Below the pieces are notes generated by a model. That model was not told the origin of the DNA, searched no databases, and was given only the letters and a program-made list of their open reading frames with translations. Shown one piece after another: positions 39,971-51,311 of a DNA stretch of 64,000 nucleotides. The first letter of the stretch is position 1. Each line of letters begins with the position of its first letter. This DNA comes from a bacterium (GTDB taxonomy: Bacteria > UBP18 > UBA7526): NCBI GenBank assembly GCA_030619985.1, contig JAUXAI010000002.1, forward strand, positions 167 through 64,166, written 5' to 3'. The translations under genes were made by a program, and so were the position numbers.

Positions 39971-40837
39971 ATGGAGAAGAAAAAGAGACCGGATATTAAG
40001 GAACTAGAGAAGGAAGCAACAGAGATCAGAAAGGATATCATCAAGATGCTGGGTGAAGCAGGGAGCGGCCACCCCGGCGGCTCATTATCATCTGTTGAGA
40101 TCCTGACCGGGCTTTACTACTATAAACTGCGCTATAATCCCAAGAAACCTGATTGGCCAGATAGGGATAGGTTCATCCTCTCCAAAGGGCATGTTTGTCC
40201 CAGTCTATATACCATTATGGCCAGATGTGGCTACTTCCCAAAAGAGGAATTAATGACCTTAAGGAAGTTACATTCCCGGTTGCAGGGACACCCCCATATG
40301 CTCTACCTTTCTGGCTTGGAGACCTCCTGCGGCTCTTTAGGCCAAGGGCTATCCATCGCCAATGGTATTGCTTTGGGAGCTCGGATGGACAAGAAAGACT
40401 ACCGGGTCTATTGTTTATTAGGGGATGGGGAGACGGATGAGGGACAGGTCTGGGAGGCGGCCATGACCGCCAGTCATTATAAGCTGAATAATCTCTGTGC
40501 CATCATCGATCGGAATAGACTGCAGATCGATGGCTTCACTGAGGATGTTATGAAATTAGAATCAGTAAAGGAGAGGTGGGCATCCTTCGGCTGGCATGTC
40601 ATCGAGATCGATGGTCATAATATAAAGGAAGTGATGGATGCCTATGATGAGGCGGAGAGGACAAAGGGGAAGCCCACCATGATTATTGCCCATACCATAA
40701 AAGGGAAAGGGGTCTCCTTCATGGAGGATAAGGCAGAGTGGCATGGTGTGGCACCCAAGGGAGAGCAGATAGAACTGGCCTTAAAAGAACTAAATATGAA
40801 ACCAACTAAGGAACAACTGGAAGAGGCAGAGGGGTAG
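39971..40837 (+). CDS. Transketolase, N-terminal (TPP-binding) subunit
   Basis: GSGHPGGSLS, SKGH and LGDGE..EGQVWEA are present. Split-type transketolase. Confidence 0.9.
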   Translation: MEKKKRPDIKELEKEATEIRKDIIKMLGEAGSGHPGGSLSSVEILTGLYYYKLRYNPKKPDWPDRDRFILSKGHVCPSLYTIMARCGYFPKEELMTLRKLHSRLQGHPHMLYLSGLETSCGSLGQGLSIANGIALGARMDKKDYRVYCLLGDGETDEGQVWEAAMTASHYKLNNLCAIIDRNRLQIDGFTEDVMKLESVKERWASFGWHVIEIDGHNIKEVMDAYDEAERTKGKPTMIIAHTIKGKGVSFMEDKAEWHGVAPKGEQIELALKELNMKPTKEQLEEAEG

Positions 40838-40880
40838 GACGCAGATGACCGCAGATAATATTGACGCAGATGACCGCAGA
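40838..40880. repeat. CGCAGAT-word array after the transketolase N-subunit gene
   Basis: gacgcagatgaccgcagataatattgacgcagatgaccgcaga. Confidence 0.8.
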
Positions 40881-40944
40881 TTATCTGTGATAATCTGTAT
40901 CCTTTAATCTGTGTTAATCTGTGATTATAAGGAGGTTTACAAAG
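40881..40944 (+). promoter_or_regulatory. 64-nt conserved leader, copy 2
   Basis: See 19830-19893. Precedes the transketolase C-terminal subunit gene. Confidence 0.8.
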
Positions 40945-41889
40945 ATGACAGAGATGAAAGCGACGAGGGACGGATATGGAGAGGCATTGGTAGAATTGGG
41001 AAAAACCAATCCCAAAGTGGTTGTCTTAGGTGCGGACTTAACCGATTCTACCCGGACATTGTGGTTTGCTGAGAAGTTTCCGGATCGGTTCTTCGAGATC
41101 GGGATTGCCGAGCAGGATATGCTCAATACTGCGGCTGGATTAAGTTTAACGGGCAAGATTCCCTTTGTCTCAACCTATGGGGTATTCATTGCCGGAAGGG
41201 CCTGGGATCAGATAAGGACTACCATCTGCTATGCTAACTTGAATGTCAAGATCGGAGGGGCCCATGGTGGGGTGAGCGTTGGCCCGGATGGTGCCACCCA
41301 CCAGGCATTGGAGGAGATCACCTTGATGAGGGTATTGCCCAATATGAAGGTCATCGTCCCCTGTGATGCCATCGAGACCTATAAGGCGACCATGAAGGCC
41401 GCAGAGATTAAAGGTCCGGTATATATCCGCTTTGGAAGGGAGAAGATACCAGTGATTACTAAGAAGGATACCCCTTTCAAGCTCGGAAAGGCGGCTACTT
41501 TCAGAGAAGGGAAGGACGTCTCTTTGATCGCCTGTGGCTATATGGTCTGTGAATCATTGAAGGCGGCAGAGAAGTTAGAGAAGAAGGGAGTAAGTGCCAG
41601 AGTAATTAACCTTCATACGATAAAGCCCATTGATAAGGAGGCAATTATAAAGGCAGCTAAAGAGACCGGAGCCATCGTCGCCTGTGAGGAACATCAGATC
41701 ATGGGAGGGTTTGGGAGTGCTGTAGCAGAGGTAGTAGTGGAGAACTATCCCGTCCCCATGAGGTTCATTGGCATTCAGGATAGGTTTGGAGAGTCGGGAA
41801 CACCCGAGGAACTGATCAAAGAGTTTAACCTCGATTCTAGCGATATCGTAAAGGCAGTAGAAGAAGTCCTGAAACACAAACACGGATGA
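40945..41889 (+). CDS. Transketolase, C-terminal (pyrimidine-binding) subunit
   Basis: FEIGIAEQDM, GATHQALEE and HTIKPID are present. Start moved to the ATG after the conserved leader. The C-terminal KHKHG is encoded by CACGGAT words. Confidence 0.9.
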   Translation: MTEMKATRDGYGEALVELGKTNPKVVVLGADLTDSTRTLWFAEKFPDRFFEIGIAEQDMLNTAAGLSLTGKIPFVSTYGVFIAGRAWDQIRTTICYANLNVKIGGAHGGVSVGPDGATHQALEEITLMRVLPNMKVIVPCDAIETYKATMKAAEIKGPVYIRFGREKIPVITKKDTPFKLGKAATFREGKDVSLIACGYMVCESLKAAEKLEKKGVSARVINLHTIKPIDKEAIIKAAKETGAIVACEEHQIMGGFGSAVAEVVVENYPVPMRFIGIQDRFGESGTPEELIKEFNLDSSDIVKAVEEVLKHKHG

Positions 41890-41986
41890 GCACAGATTTA
41901 CAAAAACGGATGGGCACGGATTAAATCAGTGCTAATCAGTGTAGTAAAATCAGTGCAAATCTGTGATTAAGAAGGAGGAAAAAGAG
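41890..41986. repeat. CACAGAT/CACGGAT words followed by ATCAGTG/ATCTGTG words
   Basis: gcacagatttacaaaaacggatgggcacggat / aaatcagtgctaatcagtgtagtaaaatcagtgcaaatctgtg. Confidence 0.75.
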
Positions 41987-43630
41987 ATGCCAGTCTTTAA
42001 AAGGATTAAAGAGGTTCTGAAGAAAAAGTTGAAGAAGGAAGTGGTGAAGAAACTTCTTAAAGTGGAGGTGATACCCAAGGCCACCATAGCCCAGAAGATG
42101 GCAGAACTCAAAGAGAAGAGGGAGAAGATCCTCCTGGGAGGTGGAAAGGAGAAGATCGAGACCCAGCATAAGAAGGGAAAGCTCACGGCAAGAGAGAGGA
42201 TCGATCTTTTGTTGGATGATGGAAGCTTTGAGGAGACGGACATCTTCGTTGAGCACCGGGCAAAGGAATTAGGGATGGATAAGAAGGAGCTCCCTGGTGA
42301 GGGAGTAGTCACCGGCTATGGTCATATAGATGGAAGAAGGGTCTGTCTCTTTGCCCAGGACTTCACAGTTGCTGGGGGTTCCTTAGGAGAGATGCACGCC
42401 CAGAAGATATGTAAGGTCATGGACCTGGCCATGAAGATGGGCGTTCCTCTAATTGGGATAAATGACTCTGGAGGAGCAAGGATTCAGGAAGGGGTGGATT
42501 CCCTAAAAGGTTATGGAGATATATTCTATAGGAATACTATTGCCTCTGGAGTAATTCCCCAGATCTCGGTCATCTTAGGCCCCTGTGCCGGAGGGGCGGT
42601 CTATTCCCCGGCCATCACCGACTTTACCTTTATGGTGAAGGGGATTAGCAGGATGTTCATCACTGGCCCGGATGTGGTAAAGACCGTCACTGGTGAGGAT
42701 GTTAGTCAGGAGGAGCTGGGAGGGGCCATGGCCCATAACCAATTATCCGGGGTAGCCCACTTTGCCTGCGAATCTGAGGAGGAGGCCTTCAACCTCTTGA
42801 AGAAACTCTTAAGTTATATCCCTTCCAATAACCTGGAGGAGCCGGCCATCGTCGATCTTGGTGATGATCCCAATAGGCAGGATGAGACCTTAGCCAATCT
42901 GGTCCCCACCATCCCCAAGAAGCCCTATAATGTGCGGGATGTGATTGAGAAGGTGGTCGATGCTTCCGAGTTCTTCGAGATCCAGTCCTATTTCGCCCCC
43001 AATATGGTCATCGGCTTTGGAAGATTGAACGGTTACTCCGTAGGCATTATTGCCAATCAGCCTAAGGTTCTGGCTGGGGTCTTGGATGTCAACTCCTCTG
43101 ATAAGGCAGCCAGGTTTGTCAGATTCTGCGACTCTTTTAATATCCCTCTGGTTACCTTTGTCGATGTCCCAGGATACCTGCCCGGAACGGATCAGGAACA
43201 CGGGGGAGTGATTAGGCATGGAGCAAAGCTCTTATATGCCTACTCGGAGGCCACAGTGCCCAAATTAACCGTCATCCTGAGGAAGGCATACGGAGGGGCC
43301 TACATCGGGATGTGTTCTCGACACTTGGGAGCGGATGCCGTCTATGCCTGGCCCACAGCAGAGATCGCGGTCATGGGCCCTCAGGGAGCAGCAGAGATCG
43401 TATATAAGAAGGAGATCGCCTCAAGCAAAAAGCCTCAAGAGATCCTCGCTCAAAAAGTGGCGGAGTATACAGAGAAGTTCGCCAATCCCTATGTTGCTGC
43501 CCACCGGGGATATGTGGATAAGGTCATTGAACCCTATGAGACGAGACCACAACTCATCAAGGCTCTTGAGATGTTCTCTTCAAAGGGAGAGTCCCGACCC
43601 CAGAAGAAGCACGGGAACATCCCGTTGTAA
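41987..43630 (+). CDS. Acyl-CoA carboxyltransferase (methylmalonyl-CoA decarboxylase alpha / propionyl-CoA carboxylase beta family)
   Basis: [35 protein letters not shown] and AYGGAY are present. Confidence 0.85.
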   Translation: MPVFKRIKEVLKKKLKKEVVKKLLKVEVIPKATIAQKMAELKEKREKILLGGGKEKIETQHKKGKLTARERIDLLLDDGSFEETDIFVEHRAKELGMDKKELPGEGVVTGYGHIDGRRVCLFAQDFTVAGGSLGEMHAQKICKVMDLAMKMGVPLIGINDSGGARIQEGVDSLKGYGDIFYRNTIASGVIPQISVILGPCAGGAVYSPAITDFTFMVKGISRMFITGPDVVKTVTGEDVSQEELGGAMAHNQLSGVAHFACESEEEAFNLLKKLLSYIPSNNLEEPAIVDLGDDPNRQDETLANLVPTIPKKPYNVRDVIEKVVDASEFFEIQSYFAPNMVIGFGRLNGYSVGIIANQPKVLAGVLDVNSSDKAARFVRFCDSFNIPLVTFVDVPGYLPGTDQEHGGVIRHGAKLLYAYSEATVPKLTVILRKAYGGAYIGMCSRHLGADAVYAWPTAEIAVMGPQGAAEIVYKKEIASSKKPQEILAQKVAEYTEKFANPYVAAHRGYVDKVIEPYETRPQLIKALEMFSSKGESRPQKKHGNIPL

Positions 43631-43726
43631 AAGTAACCAGAAGTTAACAAGTTACAAGTTAACAAGGATATAAGTTAACACGAAACTTACTTATCAACTT
43701 GTCAACTTATTAACTTGTTAACTAAT
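43631..43726. repeat. Word-repeat inverted repeat, AAGTTAAC/GTTAACTT family
   Basis: gaagttaacaagttacaagttaacaagg..aagttaac / cttatcaacttgtcaacttattaacttgttaac. Confidence 0.8.
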
Positions 43727-43746
43727 TCCGAGTGAAACGAGGATGA
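43727..43746 (+). promoter_or_regulatory. Conserved SD leader TCCGAGTGAAACGAGGATGA
   Basis: Identical to the leaders at 14871 and 15535. Lies directly before ATG 43747. Confidence 0.7.
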
Positions 43747-44019
43747 ATGGCAGGTTTTCCTATTCCCAGGGTACCCATTATTACTCCCCACCAGATTATT
43801 GTTATTGCCCCCATTACGGGAATAATCATGGAGATTAAGAAGAGGGTGGGTAATAGAGTGAAGGCCGGAGATACGCTCCTTATCCTAGAGGCTATGAAGA
43901 TGGAGAATGAGATTGTAACCCCAGGATTAGGAGTAGTAAAAGAGATAAGGGTTAAGAAGGGCCAGAAGGTTAAGACTGGTGCTCCCCTAGTAGTCATTAC
44001 CCCTTTAGGGAAAAAGTGA
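43747..44019 (+). CDS. Biotinyl-domain carrier protein
   Basis: A 90-aa protein with the biotinylation motif LEAMKMENE. Confidence 0.7.
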   Translation: MAGFPIPRVPIITPHQIIVIAPITGIIMEIKKRVGNRVKAGDTLLILEAMKMENEIVTPGLGVVKEIRVKKGQKVKTGAPLVVITPLGKK

Positions 44020-45533
44020 TGTTCAAGAAGATACTGATCGCCAATCGGGGAGAGATTGCGGTAAGGATCATCAGGGCCTGCCGGGAACTGGGCATCCAGA
44101 CCGTGGCTATCTACTCCTCAGTTGATAGAGCAAGCCTCTACGTCAAGCTGGCGCACGAGGCCTATTTATTAGGAGGACCCCAACCCAAGGAGAGCTACCT
44201 CAATATGAAAAAGATCATCGAGATCGCTAAGTCAAGTGGGGCCCAGGCCATCCATCCGGGATATGGCTTCTTGGCAGAGAATCCAAAGTTTGTTAAATTA
44301 TGTGAGAAGAATAGAATAAAGTTCATCGGCCCAGATTCCCTCACCATGGAGAGGGTGGGGAATAAGCTCTTGGCCAGAAAGATTGTGGAGGAGGCCGGGG
44401 TTCCTATAATACCGGGTTCAAAAGAACCGATAAAGAGTAATAAGGAGGCCCGGGATTTGGCCCGAAGATTAGGGCTTCCGATAATAATCAAGGCCGCCTT
44501 TGGTGGAGGAGGGAGGGGGCTGCGCCGGGTGAATAAGTTAAAAGAGTTGCCTGGTGCTTTGAAAGTGGCACGCCTTGAAGCCCGGGTCTCCTTTGATGAC
44601 CCTTCTCTCTATATTGAGAAGTATATCAGGAATCCCAAGCACATCGAGGTTCAGATATTGGCCGATGAGCATAATAATATGATTCATCTTGGGGAGAGGG
44701 ACTGCACTATACAGAGAAGGTATCAGAAACTTTTAGAGGAGACGCCCTCTCCAGTGGTCGATGAGAAATTGAGAAATAGATTGGGAGAGGCAGCGCTAAA
44801 GGCCGCAAAAGCCGTGGAATATACTAATGCTGGGACGGTAGAATTTATCTTAGATGAGAGAAAGAACTTCTACTTTATTGAGATCAATGCCAGAATCCAG
44901 GTGGAGCACTCTGTTACTGAGAGAGTAACCGGGGTGGATCTAGTTAAGGCTCAGATAAGATTGGCCACTGGTGAGAGGTTACGTTTCAGGCAGAAAGATA
45001 TTTCCTTAGATGGATGTGCTATGGAGTGCCGAATAAATGTTGAAGATCCCTTGAATGACTTTACTCCTTCTCCAGGAACGATCAGAAACCTGAGATTCCC
45101 AGGAGGGCTGGGAGTAAGGGTAGATAGCTCTATCTATTCCGGGTATACCATTCCTCTATACTACGATACCCTGATCGCCAAGCTCACTGTCTGGGGGAAG
45201 GACAGGGAAGAGGTGATAAGAAGGATGGGAGCGGCCTTGAATGAATTCATTATCGAAGGGGTGAAGACCACTGTTCCCTTACATAAGGCCATTCTCTGTG
45301 AAAGGGATTTTCAAAGGGGAAGGATAAGCCTCTCCTTCATTGAGAGGCATAGGTTACTTAAGAGGTTAAAGGTGAATAATCGGGCCTCAGAGAAGATAGC
45401 AGTCATTGCCGGCTGTCTCCTCGCCTATCGGAACTGTAAGAAACCCCCTCTAAAAAGGGAGAAGAAGAGAGAGAATCTCTGGAGGAGAGGGTTCGCCGAA
45501 AGCAAGTGGCAGAGAGGATTGAAGAAGATATGA
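44019..45533 (+). CDS. accC: Biotin carboxylase
   Basis: [32 protein letters not shown] and [11 protein letters not shown] are present. ATG 44019 overlaps the upstream TGA. Confidence 0.9.
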   Translation: MFKKILIANRGEIAVRIIRACRELGIQTVAIYSSVDRASLYVKLAHEAYLLGGPQPKESYLNMKKIIEIAKSSGAQAIHPGYGFLAENPKFVKLCEKNRIKFIGPDSLTMERVGNKLLARKIVEEAGVPIIPGSKEPIKSNKEARDLARRLGLPIIIKAAFGGGGRGLRRVNKLKELPGALKVARLEARVSFDDPSLYIEKYIRNPKHIEVQILADEHNNMIHLGERDCTIQRRYQKLLEETPSPVVDEKLRNRLGEAALKAAKAVEYTNAGTVEFILDERKNFYFIEINARIQVEHSVTERVTGVDLVKAQIRLATGERLRFRQKDISLDGCAMECRINVEDPLNDFTPSPGTIRNLRFPGGLGVRVDSSIYSGYTIPLYYDTLIAKLTVWGKDREEVIRRMGAALNEFIIEGVKTTVPLHKAILCERDFQRGRISLSFIERHRLLKRLKVNNRASEKIAVIAGCLLAYRNCKKPPLKREKKRENLWRRGFAESKWQRGLKKI

Positions 45534-46012
45534 GATTCCGGGTCGCTGTTGGTAACGATCACTATCAGGTAGAGGTAAAGGAACCGGGGATGATCGTCGT
45601 GAACGGCAGGCCATATCATGTCGATTTGAACCAGGACTCCCTTCTGGTCAATAACCGCTCCTATGAGATATCCTCTTTGGAGGAGGAGAATGGCCTTCCT
45701 ACCCTGATCTCTGTCAATCAGGAGATCTATCGTTTAGAGATAGAGGAGGCAGAGAAGCTTGCTGGCCGACGAAAGATAGAGAGATTAGAAGGAAAAGAAG
45801 AGGGAACCATTATCTCACCCATGAGTGGCCAGATAATAAGTGTTGAGGCCCATGAAGGAGATCGGGTGGAGAAGAACGAGGTCATCCTCATTTTGGAGGC
45901 CATGAAGATGGAGAGTGAAGTCTTTAGTCCCAAGGAGGGAAGAATAAAGGAGATCCAGGTGGCCAAGGGGGATATGGTAAATACCGGAGATGTCTTAGCA
46001 ATCATAGAATAA
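45530..46012 (+). CDS. Second biotinyl/lipoyl-domain protein
   Basis: C-terminal SPMSGQI...[11 protein letters not shown] biotinyl domain. ATGA overlap with the accC stop. Confidence 0.65.
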   Translation: MRFRVAVGNDHYQVEVKEPGMIVVNGRPYHVDLNQDSLLVNNRSYEISSLEEENGLPTLISVNQEIYRLEIEEAEKLAGRRKIERLEGKEEGTIISPMSGQIISVEAHEGDRVEKNEVILILEAMKMESEVFSPKEGRIKEIQVAKGDMVNTGDVLAIIE

Positions 46013-46109
46013 GTAGTGGATATGGGATGTGAGTAATGAGATGTGAGATTGAAAATCCCAAATCGCAGATCACACATCCCACATCGCTTTCGTCTATTGG
46101 GGAGGAAGG
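46013..46109. repeat. Word-repeat inverted repeat, GGGATGTGAG / CACATCCC family
   Basis: tatgggatgtgagtaatgagatgtgag / cagatcacacatcccacatcgc. This is the same word as the intragenic array at 13734. Confidence 0.75.
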
Positions 46110-47297
46110 GTGAAGAAGCCGTTAAAGGGAATTAGGGTCTTAGACTTTACCAGAGTTTTAGCTGGACCTTACTGCGCCATGATGCTCTGTGATATGGGAG
46201 CAGAGGTGATAAAGGTTGAGAGACCCAGAACTGGTGACGATGCCCGCTTCTTCGGTCCCTTCATTAAAGGGGAGAGCGGCTACTATATGAGCCTCAATCG
46301 GGGGAAGAAGTCCATCACTTTAAACCTGAAGCATGAGGAAGGAAAGAAGATTGTAAGAAGATTAATAAAGAAGGTAGATGTTATCTTGGAGAACTTTCGA
46401 CCAGGGACTATGGATAAACTAGGCTTTGGTTACGAAGATGTTAAGAAGATAAATCCCAGGGTAATCTATGCCTCAACCTCTGGCTATGGCCAGACCGGGC
46501 CCATATCCCGGATGGCAGGATATGACATCGTTGCCCAGGCAGTGGGCGGAATAATGTCCATCACCGGCTCTCCCGATGGTCCTCCTACCAGGGTGGGAAC
46601 CTCCATCGCTGATATCTTAGCCGGGATGTTCACCGCTTATGGAATAATGATCGCTCTCTATAATCGAGAACAGACGGGGAAGGGTTCCCGGATCGATGTG
46701 GCCATGGTCGACTCCGTAGCCTCTGTTTTAGAGAATGCCATCATAAGATACTTTGCTACGGGAAAATCACCCACGCCCATTGGATCGAGACATCCTTCTC
46801 TGGCGCCCTTTGACATGTTTAGGGCCAAGGATGGCTATATGGTAATCGCCATCGGCAATGAGAATCTATGGTATCGTTTCTGTCAAGCGATAGGGAAAAA
46901 GGAACTCCTCAAGGATCCCAGGCTTGCGAATAATAAAAAGAGAGTGAAGAATGAAAGGATTCTTAAATCCCTGATTGAGAGATGGACAAAGAAAAAGACG
47001 GTTAAAGAACTTTTAATTATCTTTAATAAACGGGGTATTCCCTGCGGCCCGGTGAATAGCATGGAGAGGATGGTGCGCCATCCTCAGATTCTATTTCGCA
47101 ACATGATCCAAGAGATCAAACATCCTGCAGCGGGAAGGATCAAGATGGCTGGAATTCCTCTAAAGATGGCTGGATTCTCAGACAAAATTCCTGGACGACC
47201 CCCCTTATTAGGAGAGCATACAGAAGAAATCTTAAGAAAGTATCTCAGGTATAGCCCAAAAAGAATTAAAGCATTAAAGAAAGAGGGAGTAATTTAA
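46110..47297 (+). CDS. Family III CoA-transferase (CaiB/BaiF/Frc type)
   Basis: GIRVLDFTRVLAGPYCAMMLCDMGAEVIKVE and ENFRPG are present. GTG start. Confidence 0.85.
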   Translation: MKKPLKGIRVLDFTRVLAGPYCAMMLCDMGAEVIKVERPRTGDDARFFGPFIKGESGYYMSLNRGKKSITLNLKHEEGKKIVRRLIKKVDVILENFRPGTMDKLGFGYEDVKKINPRVIYASTSGYGQTGPISRMAGYDIVAQAVGGIMSITGSPDGPPTRVGTSIADILAGMFTAYGIMIALYNREQTGKGSRIDVAMVDSVASVLENAIIRYFATGKSPTPIGSRHPSLAPFDMFRAKDGYMVIAIGNENLWYRFCQAIGKKELLKDPRLANNKKRVKNERILKSLIERWTKKKTVKELLIIFNKRGIPCGPVNSMERMVRHPQILFRNMIQEIKHPAAGRIKMAGIPLKMAGFSDKIPGRPPLLGEHTEEILRKYLRYSPKRIKALKKEGVI

Positions 47298-47396
47298 ACG
47301 CGGATTCATACGGATTGATTACGGATTCATACGGATTTATCTGTGCTCATCCGTGTCATAATCAGCGCTAATCTGTGTATAAAGAGGTTTACAAAG
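47298..47396. repeat. ACGGATT-word array plus ATCTGTG/ATCCGTG leader
   Basis: acgcggattcatacggattgattacggattcatacggatt / tatctgtgctcatccgtgtcataatcagcgctaatctgtg. Confidence 0.8.
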
Positions 47397-49229
47397 TTGA
47401 ATTACGGGTATCAAGGAAAGATACTGGAAGTCGATCTCACCGCTCAGAAGATATCCCAAAGAGAAGTAAGTGAGGAGGATGTTGAGAAGTACCTCATGGG
47501 AAGCGGCCTATCAGCCAAGATATTATCTGAAGAGTCTGATCTATCCCTTGACCCCTTCGATCCGCGTAATCCGTTGATCTTTATGGCTGGCCTTTTGACT
47601 GGAACCATGGTTCCTACTGCCTGTAAGTTAAGCGTCTGTAGTAAGAGCCCTCTGACTGGGATATGGAATGAGTCCACAGTAGGGGGTCACTGGCCCGCCC
47701 AGTTCAAATTCACAGGATATGATGGAATAATCATTAGAGGAAAATCAGCGAAGCCGGTCTATCTCTGGATTAATGATGAGAAATGCGAAATGCGGGATGC
47801 GGAAGGCGTTTGGGGAAGAGATACTTTTGAGACGAATGAGATATTGAAGAAAGAGACGGATGAGAAGGCACTTGTGGCCTCCATCGGCCAAGCGGGAGAA
47901 AACCTATCTAAGATTTCCAGCATTGTCTTCGATGGAATGAATGCCCGGAATGCTGCCCGAGGTGGACTGGGAGCAGTGATGGGCTCCAAGTTCCTGAAGG
48001 CCATTGTGGTAAGAGGAAAGAAGAGACCAGAGGTTAAGGATCGGGAGGCCTTAAGAGAACTATTGAAGAAGGAGATTCCAGCAATAAAGGAGAAGGCAGA
48101 GGGATTGAGCGCATTCGGAACATCAGGTGGCGCAGTAGCGGTTGAATCCTTCGGTGACCTACCAATAAAAAACTGGCAACTGGGCTCCTGGGAAGAGGGG
48201 ATTAAGAGAATATCTGGACAGAAGATGAGGGAAACGATCTGGGTGAGGCACTACCACTGCTTTGCCTGTCCCATAGGCTGTGCCAAGATTGTCAAAGGCG
48301 ATGGGAAGTATGGAAAATTCTATGGCCACTATCCAGAATATGAGACGGTGGCCCTGCTGGGGGCAAACTGTTTGAATAATGATTTAGAACTCCTGGCCTA
48401 TACAAATGAGTTATGTAACAGATTCGGACTGGATACCATCTCTACGGGAAATACTTTGGCCTTTGCTATGGAGTGCTATGAAAAAGGAAAGATTACCAAA
48501 GAGGACACGGATGGTCTTGAGATAAAGTGGGGAGCGCCAAAGGCCATGATTACTCTCATAAATCAGATTGCCGAGAAAGAGGGATTCGCTGGAGAATATC
48601 TAATAGATGGCCCAGTCTTTGCAGCGGAAAGAATTGGCAAAAGAACGATGGAGTTTGTTTCCCAGACAAAGGGCCTTGACTACCCCGCCCACGATCCTCG
48701 AGGACACTTTAGTATGGCCCTCTCCTATGCTACGTCAGTAAGAGGTGCCTGCCACTTAGAGGGATTGACCTATTTCCTCGATCGGGGACTAAAGATAGAA
48801 GACTTTGGGTATGTAGAACCACCCGATCAGTTTAAAGAAGAGGATAAGCCGGAGATCGTCTATAACCTACAAAACTTCTTATCTATCTATAACCCCTTAG
48901 GTATCTGCAAGTTCCTGATGGGAAGGGCAGAGCCCTCCCAGGTCGCAAGGTGGGTTAATAGGGTCACCGGCTTTGAGATGGATAAGAGAGAACTCTTGAA
49001 GGTCGGGGAAAGGTTATTCAATCTTAAGAGACTCTATGATATAAAATTAGGAATCTCAGGTAAGGATGATACTTTACCCCAACGCTTATTAACTGCTAAG
49101 CCGGATGGCAAGGCAAAGGGAAAGGTCCCTGATCTGAAGAAGATGCTTCCTGAATACTATAGACTTCGGGGCTGGAATGAAAAGGGAATCCCCACCAAGG
49201 AGAGGTTAAAGGAACTAGATTTAGTATAA
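47397..49229 (+). CDS. Aldehyde:ferredoxin oxidoreductase (tungsten/molybdenum AOR family)
   Basis: GYQGKILEVDLT and CFACPIGC are present, in a ~610-aa protein. Start set to TTG 47397, at the position where sibling leaders (ggtttacaaag) carry ATG. Confidence 0.8.
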   Translation: MNYGYQGKILEVDLTAQKISQREVSEEDVEKYLMGSGLSAKILSEESDLSLDPFDPRNPLIFMAGLLTGTMVPTACKLSVCSKSPLTGIWNESTVGGHWPAQFKFTGYDGIIIRGKSAKPVYLWINDEKCEMRDAEGVWGRDTFETNEILKKETDEKALVASIGQAGENLSKISSIVFDGMNARNAARGGLGAVMGSKFLKAIVVRGKKRPEVKDREALRELLKKEIPAIKEKAEGLSAFGTSGGAVAVESFGDLPIKNWQLGSWEEGIKRISGQKMRETIWVRHYHCFACPIGCAKIVKGDGKYGKFYGHYPEYETVALLGANCLNNDLELLAYTNELCNRFGLDTISTGNTLAFAMECYEKGKITKEDTDGLEIKWGAPKAMITLINQIAEKEGFAGEYLIDGPVFAAERIGKRTMEFVSQTKGLDYPAHDPRGHFSMALSYATSVRGACHLEGLTYFLDRGLKIEDFGYVEPPDQFKEEDKPEIVYNLQNFLSIYNPLGICKFLMGRAEPSQVARWVNRVTGFEMDKRELLKVGERLFNLKRLYDIKLGISGKDDTLPQRLLTAKPDGKAKGKVPDLKKMLPEYYRLRGWNEKGIPTKERLKELDLV

Positions 49230-49241
49230 AAGGAGGTAACT

Positions 49242-50150
49242 ATGGCAAAAGTAGTAAGAGGGGGATTAATTCAGGCCAAGAATGTTGTTCCGCCAACCAA
49301 GGATACTTCCAAGATGAGTGAGAAGAAAATCAAGAAGGAGATTGATGAAATTAAGGAGGCCATGTTAGAGAAGCATATTAAGATGACAGAGAAAGCAGCA
49401 AAGAAAGGGGTTCAGGTCTTATGCTATGAGGAACTCTTCAACGTTCCTTACTTCCCGGCAGAGCATCATATGAGATGGTACTATGCCGCAGAGCCCATCC
49501 CTGGACCAACCACAAAAGAGATCGCAAAATTGGCCAAGAAACATTCTATGGTCATCGTGGTTCCTATCTATGAAAGGGCCATGGCCGGGGTCTATTACAA
49601 CTCGGCAGCGGTCATCGATGCTGATGGCAAGTTATTGGGAACTACCAGGAAGATGCACATCCCCCATGTCCATCCCGGATTCTATGAGAAGTATTACTTC
49701 AAGCCGGGAAATACAGACTATCCTGTCTTCCAGACTGCCTATGCCAAGGTTGCGCCTTACATCTGTTATGATAGACATTTCCCTGACGGAGCGAGGATCC
49801 TGGGATTGCATGGATGTGAGATTATGTTCAATCCTTCTGCCACTACGGCCGGGGTTTCGAAATATCTTTGGGAGTTAGAGCAGCCGGCCCATGCCGTGGC
49901 CAACGGTTACTTTGTGGGAGCAATAAATAGGGTAGGGACGGAGAAGCCCTGGAACTGGGGAAGGTTCTATGGCTCCAGTTACTTCTGCAATCCAAAGGGA
50001 AAGATCATTGCCCAGGCAAGTGAGAACAAGGATGAATTGGTAGTAGCCGATCTTGACCTGGATGAGATCGAAGAGATAAGGCAGGCCTGGCAGTTCTATA
50101 GAGACAGAAGACCAGAGACCTACGGAGACCTGACGAAACTTTTACCGTAA
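49242..50150 (+). CDS. Carbon-nitrogen hydrolase, probable beta-ureidopropionase
   Basis: Nitrilase-superfamily pattern (YEELF..., RKMHIP, ICYDRHFPD). The context with dihydropyrimidinase and DPD supports the call. Confidence 0.7.
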   Translation: MAKVVRGGLIQAKNVVPPTKDTSKMSEKKIKKEIDEIKEAMLEKHIKMTEKAAKKGVQVLCYEELFNVPYFPAEHHMRWYYAAEPIPGPTTKEIAKLAKKHSMVIVVPIYERAMAGVYYNSAAVIDADGKLLGTTRKMHIPHVHPGFYEKYYFKPGNTDYPVFQTAYAKVAPYICYDRHFPDGARILGLHGCEIMFNPSATTAGVSKYLWELEQPAHAVANGYFVGAINRVGTEKPWNWGRFYGSSYFCNPKGKIIAQASENKDELVVADLDLDEIEEIRQAWQFYRDRRPETYGDLTKLLP

Positions 50151-50229
50151 ACGCAGATAATTTAGTTCGGAGTTAGGAGATCAAGCCATTACTTTCACGA
50201 AGAACGAGGAAAGGAGAAAATGAATAAAG

Positions 50230-50709
50230 ATGAAGAAATTATTGATTATTGGGGTTTTAGCAGCGGTGGGAGTAGTTTATTTGGGTTGTGCAAAGGAAGA
50301 GGCCGGGCGCAAATTTCCAACACAAATAGAAGAGTACTCTAAAAAAGCAATTACTAATCTGCCATTATGTCCGAGTATGGAATCTAGTATTATGATAACT
50401 TATACTGGCCGTCGAGGTTGGGCAGTTGTATTTTATGGAGCATATAAAACTGAAGAAGCGGCTAAGATAGAGTACAATAAGGCAGAAGAAAACGGACGTA
50501 AAAGGTACGAAGTGGGAGACATCGAAGGTAGGTATAAGACTTCATTTTTGCATAATACGGTTAATGTATCTTTTGGCTGGCGGGAAGGAAAAATTTTTAA
50601 AATCGTAACCATTAGTAAACAAAAGCAGGCAAACGAAAACATTGATGATATTGAAGAACAATTAAAAGAAAAATTACCCTTGTTTATTGACGCATTTAAG
50701 GGATTATAA
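50230..50709 (+). CDS. Lipoprotein, unknown function
   Basis: MKKLLIIGVLAAVGVVYLGC has a lipobox. AT-rich by eye. Confidence 0.5.
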   Translation: MKKLLIIGVLAAVGVVYLGCAKEEAGRKFPTQIEEYSKKAITNLPLCPSMESSIMITYTGRRGWAVVFYGAYKTEEAAKIEYNKAEENGRKRYEVGDIEGRYKTSFLHNTVNVSFGWREGKIFKIVTISKQKQANENIDDIEEQLKEKLPLFIDAFKGL

Positions 50710-50825
50710 AGTAGTTATACCGCTTGGGGGTACAATTTTAGCTCGTCCACACTCATTCCATTCCCGGTCGCTTAATGGAGAGTTATCGAAAATTGCTTTA
50801 GAACGAATGTAGGAAATAAAAGGAC

Positions 50826-51311
50826 ATGAAAGTAAATGAGTATACTAGAAACTATTTTAAGATAATCATCGCGGTCGCGGCCATCTGTTTGTTTATCATA
50901 GGATGTGGTAGAGGAATGGACCCCTCAGCAGAGTATGATGGGATAATTAATGTAGATGATGAAAATTTTGGTGAAGTGGTTTTACATTCTGAATTGCCGG
51001 TGTTCGTTTATTTTTACGGTGCAGGCTGCAAACCAAGTTGGCGTGAGATGCCCCGTGTGAAGAGGTTAGCGAATAGGGCTAAAGGAAAACTGAAAGTCTG
51101 TAAGATTGAAGTTGCTACTGTATATATTTTGCAAGCACAAGACATACCCAATCCGATTATTTCCAAAAGATATAGGCTTGGGTGCTTGCCAATAGTAATA
51201 GTTTTTAATGATGGGAGAGAGGTTGTCCGAGACTTCAAGGGTGTTCATCCTGGTCTTCATTATGTGGATATTAATCCGATTTTGAAGAGGTTAACAGGAG
51301 AAAGATTCTGA
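50826..51311 (+). CDS. Thioredoxin-fold lipoprotein (single-Cys variant)
   Basis: Lipobox [16 protein letters not shown] sits at the position of the WCGPC motif. Confidence 0.45.
   Translation: MKVNEYTRNYFKIIIAVAAICLFIIGCGRGMDPSAEYDGIINVDDENFGEVVLHSELPVFVYFYGAGCKPSWREMPRVKRLANRAKGKLKVCKIEVATVYILQAQDIPNPIISKRYRLGCLPIVIVFNDGREVVRDFKGVHPGLHYVDINPILKRLTGERF

Noticed and set aside
43747-46012. Interpreting the carboxyltransferase/BCCP/biotin carboxylase set as a Na+-pumping methylmalonyl-CoA decarboxylase
   Set aside because: No integral-membrane beta subunit gene is present, and a biotin carboxylase (the ATP-dependent direction) is included. The physiological direction cannot be decided from sequence.
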